DNA of 64,000 nucleotides from Candidatus Poribacteria bacterium (GCA_963665235.2 CAXXLX010000001.1:1440001-1504000); one strand, 5' to 3'. Shown: positions 38,744-48,461, counted from the first letter of the stretch. A program made the numbers and translations. The notes: generated from the sequence alone by a model not told the origin.

Positions 38744-39841
38744 ATGTCAAGACGTTCCGTTATCACAACAATCATCATTCCGGTGCTGCTGATTTCGGTG
38801 TTGGTTATCGTGCTCGTTAATAACCAGCGGGAGTTCCCTGGCGAGCTTGTTTTCGCGCAAAATAAGGTGGACTTCGGAACAATTCCTGAGTGGGAAGGGG
38901 TTGTAACACGTTCAGTGACAGCGAGAAATACGGGGGGAGGCACACTCCAAATAGAAAAAATTCGGGCAAGGTGTAGTTACGCAAAGATTACGGGCCCAAA
39001 ACTACTTCAACCCGCCGAGGAAGGAACGTTCGAAGTTGTGATTAATCCGCAAATCGTTCCGCTCGATGCGACCCCAGCGACGGCTGTCCTTTTCACGGAT
39101 AGCCCACGGACACCACAGGTTTATCTCACAATTGTCGCTTCGGCACAGCGGTTCGCCACCCTAAGCGCGGACATCTGCGATTTCGGAGAGATTCTCCCTG
39201 AAACGGTGCATGAAAAGCGGGTCAAACTGTGTGTAAACGCGCCACTCAATTTAGCGGAGGTCCGCCTCATGCCATCGACACATCCAGGGCTGATGTGGAA
39301 AATGTCGCCCGAGCCGGATTCAATCTGTTTCCACATCACAATTCAGTTGCAAGCTCCGAAAAAACGGGAACGGGTAGACACAGAGTCGCCTCCGGGCACT
39401 GCCGAAAACTTTTTTTCCGCGATACTTACCGTCGCTTTTCCGAATGAGCGAACTTTGACGTTGCCGATTGCTGCGAAAATAGTGCGTCCCGTGACAGTTC
39501 ACCCGGAAACCCTCTCCTACGGTGCGGTGGACAGAGGTACGGAGCCGTTTACTGAATTCACGCTCTCCGCGAAAAAAGGTTTTAAGGTGCTAAGTCTTCA
39601 GGTTCCGGACTCTGTGCGGGTTGCTGCGCCGGACGATTGGACGCAATCCTTACACGCCTACAACGCACACGGACAACCAGAGAAACGGTTCAAGGTTTTT
39701 TGGGAGGTGGCGAACTCACCTGAACTGCTGCGTGAAGAGATCCGGGTGCTGACCACAGCAGACCCGTTACCGCTCCGTATTCCTATTTACGGGTTAATTC
39801 GTTCCACAAAGGGTGGAACTATTACATCAGCTGGGAGGTAA
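38744..39841 (+). CDS. DUF1573-like Ig-repeat protein, membrane anchored
   Basis: N-terminal TM; VDFGTI...RNTGGGTLQI...C; repeated DFG/SYG Ig-like modules. Confidence 0.72.
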   Translation: MSRRSVITTIIIPVLLISVLVIVLVNNQREFPGELVFAQNKVDFGTIPEWEGVVTRSVTARNTGGGTLQIEKIRARCSYAKITGPKLLQPAEEGTFEVVINPQIVPLDATPATAVLFTDSPRTPQVYLTIVASAQRFATLSADICDFGEILPETVHEKRVKLCVNAPLNLAEVRLMPSTHPGLMWKMSPEPDSICFHITIQLQAPKKRERVDTESPPGTAENFFSAILTVAFPNERTLTLPIAAKIVRPVTVHPETLSYGAVDRGTEPFTEFTLSAKKGFKVLSLQVPDSVRVAAPDDWTQSLHAYNAHGQPEKRFKVFWEVANSPELLREEIRVLTTADPLPLRIPIYGLIRSTKGGTITSAGR

Positions 39842-39847
39842 ACTGTT

Positions 39848-40600
39848 ATGAGATATATCATAAAAATCGCTTTTAGTGTAGTGCTTTTGAGCATTTTCGC
39901 AATTGGACAGGGTTCTGCCGAAGTCTGGGTTGAGCCGTTTGAGGATGAGGAACTCAACGGGTGGGAATCCCCTGTGGAGCATTGGCGCGCCTGGTGGGAA
40001 GCTATAGAGGGAATGCTTTTCGCTCGAATTCAGAGATCCAATCACCGACCAATATGTGAGAAGAACATAGCAGATTTTCTGCACTGGAAAGCCGTTCAAT
40101 TTCAATTTGAGCAGTTAACAATGGTAGGCAAGGAAATGATTTATCAACAGGAGGGGCATAAAGGTATGGGGGAACTCTGTTTGTTCCTCGGTAAACAACA
40201 AATCGCACCTGACTTTGCAGTGGAGGGGTATATTGTCAGTCCCGAAGAGACAAGCAAAATGACGTTCTCCGAAACTGACGCTTACAATAGAGGCAAAACG
40301 AAGGCGTGGTACGGCGACAAATTCCCATTCACTACAGACCACCTAAAAGTTGTTTTTGATTCAGGAAAATTCCAGGTGTTTACGAACGAAGTCCTGCTAA
40401 CCGAATTTACGGATGATGACTTCACGAAGATTGATGTTGTGGGATTGGTCATTACGTGTCACTTCGGCGGCGACTGGTTTGGTGCCCGCATGTCAAGTTT
40501 TTCTATTTCTAATGTCGATATTCCTAATCATGGTCTTGCAGTTCAATTGCGGGGAACGCAGCTCGCTACAACCTGGGGAAATTTGAAGCAGTTTGAGTAA
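39848..40600 (+). CDS. Secreted protein (divergent family A) with C-terminal tail
   Basis: ADFLHW, GELCLFLGK, LKVVFDSGKFQ shared with family A; tail QLATTWGNLK. Confidence 0.75.
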   Translation: MRYIIKIAFSVVLLSIFAIGQGSAEVWVEPFEDEELNGWESPVEHWRAWWEAIEGMLFARIQRSNHRPICEKNIADFLHWKAVQFQFEQLTMVGKEMIYQQEGHKGMGELCLFLGKQQIAPDFAVEGYIVSPEETSKMTFSETDAYNRGKTKAWYGDKFPFTTDHLKVVFDSGKFQVFTNEVLLTEFTDDDFTKIDVVGLVITCHFGGDWFGARMSSFSISNVDIPNHGLAVQLRGTQLATTWGNLKQFE

Positions 40601-42708
40601 TGTACAACGCTATCCGTGTTTATGTCGTCCTGTTTCTGCTATGTTTCGGGACTCCTATCGGCATCTGCCAATCCCAAAAGGTCGGAACAATTCAGGGACA
40701 GGTTACAGATAAACAAAACAATCCACTCACTGGCTACACCGTCTCAACAGTTTCACAAAGAGACGACATAACCTACGCTGCCAAAACTAAGGCTGATGGC
40801 CAGTTTACGCTTACCAACCTTCATGCCGACACCTGGACGATAGAAGTTCGCCACTTCAGCACCCTCCTTGCACAACGTGAGGTCACAGTTGCCGGCGAAA
40901 CCGAAGTCAAAGCAGATTTTGTGATTGAAGGAACAGCCGTTATTTCCGGATTTCTGCTCGATTCTGTCAGTAAACTCCCCTTGCCGATTACGGGTCAGAT
41001 ACAGATTGGTCTCCTCACGTCTGACGACGAATGGATAGAGAGGACATACCGAGGTGAAATCGCTCATGGATATTTTGAAGTCAAAGATTTGTTAGCGGGA
41101 CGCTACGCCATTATCGATGCTTTTGACGGTTATGTCTCTGCAATGTCCGATTTACCCGTGGTAGCAGTTTATCCAGGAAGCATTGTGGGTGGTGTAGAGA
41201 TATTTTTGAAACCGGGGGCATCGCTCTCCGGTGTTTTCGTTGATTCTGAAAGCCGAGCCCCTGTCTCCGGGGTTGCTGTCAACGTGGCATCTGAAGTGAA
41301 AAATACCGTTTATCCTGACAGGACGTTCGCACATAAAACAGAGACAGGCGTAAACGGTGAATTTCGCCTCACAACGCCAAGTGACCCTGAAATCTATTAC
41401 GCCTTCACGCTTATGGCATCGCACCCACGGTATCAAACGCACCAGTGGCGGCGGGAGCTGTCACCGGATAAAAATGTGTATGCGTTAGGTGAACGGACAC
41501 TGAACCCGTTCTTGTCGCTACAAGGCACGGTGTCAGCTTCAAACTCGCGCGAGGCTGTTGATGGACTCACAGTGCGTTTAAAGATGCACAACAGAGCGGC
41601 AGATTTTTTCCGCGCAGCAGCCCAACCTGAACACACAGTGCGTCCTGATGCAAACGGCAATTTCCTTTTCTCTGAACTCCACCCAATTGAATATAGTTTG
41701 ACAATTTCCCGGAACAGTGTTATTATAGTGAATAAGGAGTCGGTCAACCCGCAAAGCGGGAAACCGCTTAAAATCCGCTTGCCGAAAAAATTGGAGACGT
41801 TACGCGGCACAGTTGTCGATGCCGAACAACGTCCGATTGCCGGTGCGAATCTCTATGCAGCGCGGCGCAGCGAAACCCGGCACGGGCACGACGTGCTCCT
41901 GTCCAAAACACAAACGGATGCAAACGGGGTTTTCCAAATGCAGGTGTTAAAAACAAAACCGCATCTCCTGTCCCTTGAGGTATCCAAAAAAGGGTATCTG
42001 TCAAGGGTATATCCGAACGTGGAGCTCCAAAAAGAGCCGTTGACTGTTCCGCTTCAAAAAGGATTTACGATTAAGGGGCGCGTCATTCTCCCGCGGAATG
42101 TGTCACCAGATGGATATTACATTGTGAACCTCTTTCCCGAATCGGCAAAAATGGAGCCGACGTTGAATCCACTGGGATTGAATAGACCGCTTCTCTCAAA
42201 ACGATTTCCTGTAACGCAGCCGACTTTCGTACTGGATGGACTATTTGAGGAAAAATACAGCCTCTATATCGCCGGAGAGGGTATCGCTACAACCGACAAA
42301 TTGAAGTGCCAAGCAGATGTGGATAGTGGAGAAGTGCTCATCGTAGCGGATAGACCCACAGTGGAATTAAAGGGACAAGTGCTTTGGGCGGATACAGGCG
42401 AACCTGTGCAAAACGCCTCGGTATCTCGCTCGTGGTATCCGTGGGAACTAACCCAATACGATATGTCTTTAACCCTAGACCGCTTTGAAACCGAGACAGA
42501 CGCACAGGGACAATTTGCGTTCTCAAATTTGACACAGGCACAGTATCAGCTGCGCATCCGTGCTGTCCAGTCGGTATTTGAAAAAGGGGTTGATGCATAT
42601 CAACATGTGTACCTCCAGAAGCAGGTTGCAATACCAGCTTGTAGTGATAATGTGCATCGTATCTATATAGGGAAAGCGGACGGTACCGCTTTTGGAGGAA
42701 AAAAATGA
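40600..42708 (+). CDS. Secreted carboxypeptidase-regulatory-like (transthyretin-like beta-sandwich) repeat protein
   Basis: Signal peptide; about seven modules of the type GxVxDxxxxPxxG...TDAxGxFxxxxL. Confidence 0.8.
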   Translation: MYNAIRVYVVLFLLCFGTPIGICQSQKVGTIQGQVTDKQNNPLTGYTVSTVSQRDDITYAAKTKADGQFTLTNLHADTWTIEVRHFSTLLAQREVTVAGETEVKADFVIEGTAVISGFLLDSVSKLPLPITGQIQIGLLTSDDEWIERTYRGEIAHGYFEVKDLLAGRYAIIDAFDGYVSAMSDLPVVAVYPGSIVGGVEIFLKPGASLSGVFVDSESRAPVSGVAVNVASEVKNTVYPDRTFAHKTETGVNGEFRLTTPSDPEIYYAFTLMASHPRYQTHQWRRELSPDKNVYALGERTLNPFLSLQGTVSASNSREAVDGLTVRLKMHNRAADFFRAAAQPEHTVRPDANGNFLFSELHPIEYSLTISRNSVIIVNKESVNPQSGKPLKIRLPKKLETLRGTVVDAEQRPIAGANLYAARRSETRHGHDVLLSKTQTDANGVFQMQVLKTKPHLLSLEVSKKGYLSRVYPNVELQKEPLTVPLQKGFTIKGRVILPRNVSPDGYYIVNLFPESAKMEPTLNPLGLNRPLLSKRFPVTQPTFVLDGLFEEKYSLYIAGEGIATTDKLKCQADVDSGEVLIVADRPTVELKGQVLWADTGEPVQNASVSRSWYPWELTQYDMSLTLDRFETETDAQGQFAFSNLTQAQYQLRIRAVQSVFEKGVDAYQHVYLQKQVAIPACSDNVHRIYIGKADGTAFGGKK

Positions 42709-42908
42709 AACCGAGTACCCGCTACGCAAAAATAGTCGAATGGTCTGACGAAGATGGATGTTATGTTGGAAGTTGTCCAGGGCTCTTTTACGGCGGCTGT
42801 CATGGTGATGATGAACAGGAGGTCTTTTCAGAATTGTGCAACATCGTTGAGGAGGTAATTGAAGAATATCAGCGTGAAGGTAAAACCCTACCTATCTTAG
42901 TCCCGTAG
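42705..42908 (+). CDS. Orphan HicB-like antitoxin, C-terminus formed by a REP
   Basis: YAKIVEWSDEDGCYVGSCPGL...CHGD; ends LPILVP* inside the repeat; no hicA. Confidence 0.75.
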   Translation: MKPSTRYAKIVEWSDEDGCYVGSCPGLFYGGCHGDDEQEVFSELCNIVEEVIEEYQREGKTLPILVP

Positions 42909-42975
42909 GGACGATATATTTATAGAAGAGACCACCACACCTCTTAGTCCCATAGGGACGATATATTTATAGAAG
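42895..42975. repeat. REP doublet
   Basis: tcttagtcccRtagggacgatatatttatagaag x2; inverted relative to the copies at 33524-33605. Confidence 0.85.
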
Positions 42976-43033
42976 CACAAAACGTCCGCCCTCTAATATA
43001 TTTCTTGCCAATCGCTAATCGCTAATCGCTAAC

Positions 43034-43720
43034 ATGAGAAACCTTTTGAGAATATTCATAACAATTTTTGCCATCCTCGTTTTACAAGGAATTGCCGATG
43101 CCGTTACATGGCAAGATGACTTTACGCAGGAAACAGAAGATAACTGGCAACTCATAGGAAACGATTCTGTATGGCAAATTGACGATGGATTTTTAAAAGT
43201 AGAAATTCAGACCGAAAAGCAGTGGCGAACCCTCTTCGAACTGTACCAATTTATAGCCTTCCCCGGTCCCTATAATAACGTTACAATCACACTTGAAACT
43301 ATCGGGGTATCGGACGCACGATTCGGTATTGCCATAGGAAAACGTTTCCTAAATACCGAAGGAGAAGTAGAGGAAACAGGGTATTATCTATTTTTCACAA
43401 ACGATATGCAAGCGTCACGAAACCAAAACGTCTTTATCGGGCCCGGTCAACGTTGGAACACAGACGAACTCAAACAGATGGTGTTACACATTAACAACGG
43501 TCGATTTCAACTGTTCGGTGATGACGAATTGCGCATGGATTTTACGGACGCGAACCTCACACAAATTGACATCATCGGGTTTGTTCTCGTCGACTATGTT
43601 ACAGATGCCGTAAGCACAGCGAGAGCCTGGGTAGATAAATGGACGATTTCCGGGCTTTCAGTTTCACCAAAGGACAAACTCACCACGCTCTGGGGACACC
43701 TGAAGAAAAAACAGCCGTAA
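43034..43720 (+). CDS. Secreted protein (family C, DUF1080/ConA-like) with C-terminal tail
   Basis: Signal ...ADA|VTWQDDF; ELYQFIA and RWNTD shared with 44545; tail LSVSPKDKLTTLWGHLK. Confidence 0.78.
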   Translation: MRNLLRIFITIFAILVLQGIADAVTWQDDFTQETEDNWQLIGNDSVWQIDDGFLKVEIQTEKQWRTLFELYQFIAFPGPYNNVTITLETIGVSDARFGIAIGKRFLNTEGEVEETGYYLFFTNDMQASRNQNVFIGPGQRWNTDELKQMVLHINNGRFQLFGDDELRMDFTDANLTQIDIIGFVLVDYVTDAVSTARAWVDKWTISGLSVSPKDKLTTLWGHLKKKQP

Positions 43721-43739
43721 ATTGTCATCTAGGAAAATT

Positions 43740-44504
43740 ATGTTGCGAAAAAATTTAGATCTGGTCTTTAACGCCCTTCTGCTATTACTCGTTTTAGGTG
43801 TCGCGTTCTGGGGTAGATTTGTTAGCGCGAGATTGAACTCGAGCGAACGGGCGCAACCCGCCGCATCGGGTGCGTACTATAGAACCCCCGGTAAAAACGG
43901 AAGGTGGTTCGGCCCCGAAGTGAATTCCCTCACACTCTGCGAAGGTGTCCATAATCCTTACAACAATAGAGGGTTTTTTGACATCGTTGAAACGATTGAG
44001 AACGCGGTAGTGTCCGCGTCAAGAATTCGCGGCGCGCTCCGCTGGTATCGTGGACAAAAGTGGGTTTTTGGAACAAACGACACTCCATGGGGAACAAACA
44101 CCTCCTACATCACCCTCCACGACGATTTGGGGTGGAGTGAAATCAGTCCTGGCGGCGGCACAACGGGGTATCCGTGGAGTGGCATTGAACGACACTGGCG
44201 CGATGGCGACATTATCCGCTCACAGGCAGTCGTGGTAGGATGGCGGCAGCAGCGATACGGCTCACAGCTATGGGTTTGCCCCATGTACTATAAAATCGGC
44301 GGCTGGGAAGGTGAACACCTTGAAGTCCACTGCCACACTCTCAGAACATGGTTTCCACCCGACTGGAACGTTCTCAAACAGAAGGATGGCGACTTCGGGA
44401 GACCCACCGAACGCAAACCCGGAGTGCTAAGCCGAAGAGGGCACAAAACCTCCCGCTGGTACGACTGTATACGGATATCCGAAGGTGATTCAAATCCGAG
44501 GTGA
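43740..44504 (+). CDS. Secreted Trp/Gly-rich protein of unknown family (X2), no C-terminal tail
   Basis: Paralog of 35328-36074. Confidence 0.75.
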   Translation: MLRKNLDLVFNALLLLLVLGVAFWGRFVSARLNSSERAQPAASGAYYRTPGKNGRWFGPEVNSLTLCEGVHNPYNNRGFFDIVETIENAVVSASRIRGALRWYRGQKWVFGTNDTPWGTNTSYITLHDDLGWSEISPGGGTTGYPWSGIERHWRDGDIIRSQAVVVGWRQQRYGSQLWVCPMYYKIGGWEGEHLEVHCHTLRTWFPPDWNVLKQKDGDFGRPTERKPGVLSRRGHKTSRWYDCIRISEGDSNPR

Positions 44505-44544
44505 ATTCCCTCACGCTCTGTTACAACAATAGGTTTTTCAAATT

Positions 44545-45264
44545 ATGTCTAACAGAAATTCGGCAAAATCGCTTTTAATAGTATGGATAGCTGTTTATGC
44601 CACTATTGGCTGCACTCTATCTGCAGCGGCAGTGCGCTGGCATGACGATTTCGATACCGAAAACCCCGAAGCGTGGCACGTCGTCGGAAACCGCTCTGTC
44701 TGGAAAGTCGCGGATGGCACCTTGCAGGCACACGTCGATCGGGACTGGGATGTGCGGTATGAACTCTACCAATTCATAGCAGTCCCGCCCCCCTACAGAA
44801 ACTGGACAATTATTATAAACGACTTTGGCGGCGACAAGGTCCGCTTCGGTCTCTGCATCGGACGACATTTTCCGGAGACCGCCAAAGAAGACCCGTTTTT
44901 TTATGTCTTTTTTCCCGATGAAATTAGAGCCCGAAGATTCAACGGCAAAGGCAGCAGTCATCCGTTTCGGGTCCGGTTATCCCGCGAACCTCGGACACGA
45001 TGGAACACAGATGTGCTGCAACAGATGGAGCTGCATTTCAATTCCGGATATTTCCTACTGTTCGCAGATGGTGAATTCCGAACGGCATTCCGTGATGCAA
45101 ATTTCGCTAGCGTTGAAATAATAGGTTTTGTCCTAGAGGGCATTAATATTGCAAACGAATGGGTCGGCCAGGGATGGGCAGGGTCATTCACTATTTCGGG
45201 ACTAGATGTCTCCGCAGAGCTCCGATTAACCTCAAGTTGGGCACAGCTCAAAGGAAACCGATAG
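44545..45264 (+). CDS. Secreted protein (family C) with C-terminal tail
   Basis: Signal ...AAA|VRWHDDF; tail LDVSAELRLTSSWAQLK. Confidence 0.75.
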   Translation: MSNRNSAKSLLIVWIAVYATIGCTLSAAAVRWHDDFDTENPEAWHVVGNRSVWKVADGTLQAHVDRDWDVRYELYQFIAVPPPYRNWTIIINDFGGDKVRFGLCIGRHFPETAKEDPFFYVFFPDEIRARRFNGKGSSHPFRVRLSREPRTRWNTDVLQQMELHFNSGYFLLFADGEFRTAFRDANFASVEIIGFVLEGINIANEWVGQGWAGSFTISGLDVSAELRLTSSWAQLKGNR

Positions 45265-45280
45265 GCATCCGCAAACCGAC

Positions 45281-45766
45281 ATGCAAATTCACACCGCAAC
45301 CCCTCCTGAGCGCATATCCCATCGGCAAATCTACAAAGAAGCACTCATCGTCATTCTCTACATCGGGGTTGGTGCGCTAACGCTTTGGAGCACAGACCAG
45401 CTCGGGTATCTCTCCTCTACCGTTCAACCTATCAGCGGAACCGCCATGGTAGTTGAGTTTCCCGCTGTCCATCAAATCTGGAAACGGGGAGAGGCAGTAT
45501 TCGTTGATGCACGCTCGGCTGGTAGCTTCAGGCGGGGCCATATTCCTGGTGCCATCAATGTGCCTATCAACCGGGTCAAACAAACCCTCCCCGCACTGCC
45601 GACAGACAAAGAGACGCTACTAATTACCTATTGCGGGAGCATAGAATGCCCAAACGCCTATCAACTGATGCATCTGCTGTTAGGGTACGGTTACCGAAAC
45701 GTCAGGTTTCTCCCGCGGGGTCTAAAAGACTGGCAGGCATTAGGGTATCCAGTAGAGACAGAATGA
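45281..45766 (+). CDS. Membrane-anchored rhodanese-domain protein
   Basis: N-terminal TM; FVDARS, GHIPGAINVP, YCGSIEC. Confidence 0.88.
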   Translation: MQIHTATPPERISHRQIYKEALIVILYIGVGALTLWSTDQLGYLSSTVQPISGTAMVVEFPAVHQIWKRGEAVFVDARSAGSFRRGHIPGAINVPINRVKQTLPALPTDKETLLITYCGSIECPNAYQLMHLLLGYGYRNVRFLPRGLKDWQALGYPVETE

Positions 45767-46230
45767 CGATTTCATCAGTCCTAATAACAGCCCTTAGAGT
45801 CCTCCTCGGTGTCATCCTGCTTTTTGCGGGTATTGCCAAACTCTCAGGGTTCACTGCTTTCGCTATGCATGTCGCCAGCTATCAGTTGTTACCGATAGCA
45901 TTGGTCAAACCGATAAGTTATCTAGTGGTATCAGCAGAGATAACGCTAGGGGTGGTATTGTGCATCGGTTATTTTTCGCGGGGGGCAGGTATACTTGCAT
46001 CGCTTCTCTTTCTGATATTTGCAGTAGCCGTGACAACCGTGTTATGGCGAGAGCTGCCGTTGACAGATTGCGGGTGTGCCAATTTCCTCTTTAGTTTGTT
46101 GTTAGAGATGAAAACAGCTCCGAGCTGGCAGCACGTGTTCGGGAATGTCGTGCTAGCAGGTGGCAGTTTTGCCGTTACCTATTCCTCGCAGCGGGGATAC
46201 GGTTTGGAATCGTTCATCAAATGTTTGTAG
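45763..46230 (+). CDS. MauE/DoxX-family membrane protein
   Basis: RVLLGVILLFAGIAKL, YQLLP, EITLG, DCGC; ATGA overlap with the rhodanese gene. Confidence 0.85.
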   Translation: MTISSVLITALRVLLGVILLFAGIAKLSGFTAFAMHVASYQLLPIALVKPISYLVVSAEITLGVVLCIGYFSRGAGILASLLFLIFAVAVTTVLWRELPLTDCGCANFLFSLLLEMKTAPSWQHVFGNVVLAGGSFAVTYSSQRGYGLESFIKCL

Positions 46231-46353
46231 TAGGGAAACCATTTATGGTTTCCCTCGATTACCGATGTTTGTAGTAGGGCGATTCATCACCCGTCGTGTC
46301 GTCTAGGTTTATCACATATTCAGTTCGTAGTAGGGAAACCATTTATTGCCTGC
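46221..46353. repeat. Cluster of three GTAG-type REPs between convergent genes
   Basis: gtagtagggaaaccatttatggtttccct and gtagtagggcgattcatcacccg; inverted copy at 33722-33756. Confidence 0.75.
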
Positions 46354-46473
46354 CATGACGAAAAAGCAAAGCACGCCCCACGCCCTATGTCTGTCAACCG
46401 ACCAGATAAGAAAATAGACAGATACTGTGTCCGATATCTGCCTATGCTTAATGCGCTTTTGGATTTGTCTGAC

Positions 46474-47514
46474 CTACTGCTTCAGCACTCCCCACGTTAC
46501 TTTTTTTTTATCGCGTGGAGTAACAGGCAGCACATCATCACTGATCCAATCCAACGTTTTATCATGCCCCGGGTGGTTTGTGAGCCGTGTAATCACGTGT
46601 GTCTGGCGATGATACTTATAGATATTAGGTGGTGGGAACTCAAAATCACCCGGTAGTGCTCTGTTCAAAGGTATGGCTGCACATGCACTAAAAACGATTG
46701 ATTTCCCGTCATCCATCCAGTCAACGCTAATTCCTTCCTGGTCCTCTGGTATTTGTAGCTGTCTGATGTTTTCTCCGTTGCGGTCACATATCATGTACCG
46801 AAACGCCTTGAAGAAAGGCCCTTCCCTGGGCTCATTGGGTACATGCACGGTTTTCCACTCTTTCTGGAGAAACACAATCTGTTTTCCATCTGGGGACCAA
46901 CGCGGTTTTGAACGGTGAATCCAGAATTCCCCGCCTACAGCCGGTGCCGGTATCAGTGGGCGGCGGTTGCGCCCATCGGCATCCATGATCCAGATCGTGG
47001 TATGGACTCCGTGCGTTCTCCATTCTGAGAAAATAATATGCTTGCCATCTGGCGACCAATCACAATTGCCTGCCATGATTTGTGATGCGATTTCCTCCAT
47101 CTTCAGCGTCTTTATATTCAGCACATAGATACCGTATTTGGTCTTATTGTTTTTCTGAACAATCCAATCGAAAACGATAGAGTGACCGTCCGGTGAAAAT
47201 GAACCTGTGCCGATAGTACCGCCATCGTCATCTATGAGTTCCCGAACATTTGTGCCATCTGCATTCATCAAAGACAAACCGAAACTCTGAAACAGTATCT
47301 GTTTACCGTCTGGTGACCAGCAATATGGGAATGGTATCATTTTCTTTATACCACCTGGCGACTCTCTGAGAAGTGTCTGGTTGCTGCCGTCATCGTTCAT
47401 CACATAGATACCTTGAACACCCTCGCGTTTTGAGCTAAAAACGATTCTGGCATGGGCGGCGGTTGACAAAAGCAGTAGCAGCAGGCATAGCAAAATAACC
47501 TTGTGTCCATTCAT
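46474..47514 (-). CDS. Secreted TolB-like PD40 beta-propeller with C-terminal tail
   Basis: Signal ...AAHA|RIVFSS; WSPDG x3; tail LPVTPRDKKKVTWGVLK. Confidence 0.85.
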   Translation of the reverse strand: MNGHKVILLCLLLLLLSTAAHARIVFSSKREGVQGIYVMNDDGSNQTLLRESPGGIKKMIPFPYCWSPDGKQILFQSFGLSLMNADGTNVRELIDDDGGTIGTGSFSPDGHSIVFDWIVQKNNKTKYGIYVLNIKTLKMEEIASQIMAGNCDWSPDGKHIIFSEWRTHGVHTTIWIMDADGRNRRPLIPAPAVGGEFWIHRSKPRWSPDGKQIVFLQKEWKTVHVPNEPREGPFFKAFRYMICDRNGENIRQLQIPEDQEGISVDWMDDGKSIVFSACAAIPLNRALPGDFEFPPPNIYKYHRQTHVITRLTNHPGHDKTLDWISDDVLPVTPRDKKKVTWGVLKQ

Positions 47515-47572
47515 GGGTATGCTCCTGAAAAAAGAGCGGCAGGGGTGTGTGTCCCCTGCCGTTGCAATAGGG

Positions 47573-48168
47573 CTATGGACCATCTTTCCAAGTAAACGTC
47601 ACAGCAGTTGTGTTTGTCTGTTGTTTTGTATCTACTTCCCAGTCGTCTCTTTCAAGATTACCTGTCGTTGTGGACACCTGAAGGTGGGTGTGCGCCCCAA
47701 AATAATATGCATTATCACCTTCTATAAGGGTGCCGACCCAACGATTGAATTCCCTCCCCTCGTCGTCAAAAGCACCGGGATAAAAATACTGAGAGGTTTC
47801 ACCAACTTTAATAATTTCGGGTGGCTTGGTATCGCGTCGCTCAGGAGCTATACGGGCACCCTTGGGTCCGTCGTATTCATTCGTTATGAACCACGGAGCA
47901 ACTTCCAGCGGGTTCTCGTTTGGGTTTTTTGCCTTGAGGTTATCCGTTGGGTTTGAGGCATAGGCAAAAGAATCCATAACAACATACGAACCGTCGTAGT
48001 AGAATCTACTGTGATACCGTTATAATGGTATGTGATACCGTTATAAGAATACTCTTCGGTGTCAGATGGGAACTCCACAATCTTAATGGCTTCACTATTC
48101 TGGACACCGACTACCAATAGAGAACAGAGTATCGCGATTGCGATACCGATTGATTTCAATCTTATCAT
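47573..48168 (-). pseudogene. Secreted hypothetical protein split by a frameshift near 48000
   Basis: Signal-peptide ORF 47884-48168 continues in another frame (YYDGSYVVMDSFAY...) to 47573. Confidence 0.6.
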
Positions 48169-48461
48169 TTTTTTCTCCTATAGTATTGTTTAGGGGGCCC
48201 TCTCCTTGTTCGGTAGACATTCCATCCGAAGTTAAGAAAGGATTGGGGGACCCTGTCAACATGGTAAGTTATCGATATTCTAAAACGTTTTCATATTTCT
48301 GTCAACATTTTTTTGAAAACGTTTCTCCTTTTCTTAACAACATTTTTATGATATAATGTAAAGTAAAGTACAATTATCGTCTGCTATAAACATATCGTCC
48401 AACGGTCTGAAGCGCGTGGTTTCTATAAGTTGAAATCTATACACTTTACAAAAGGTAGCCC

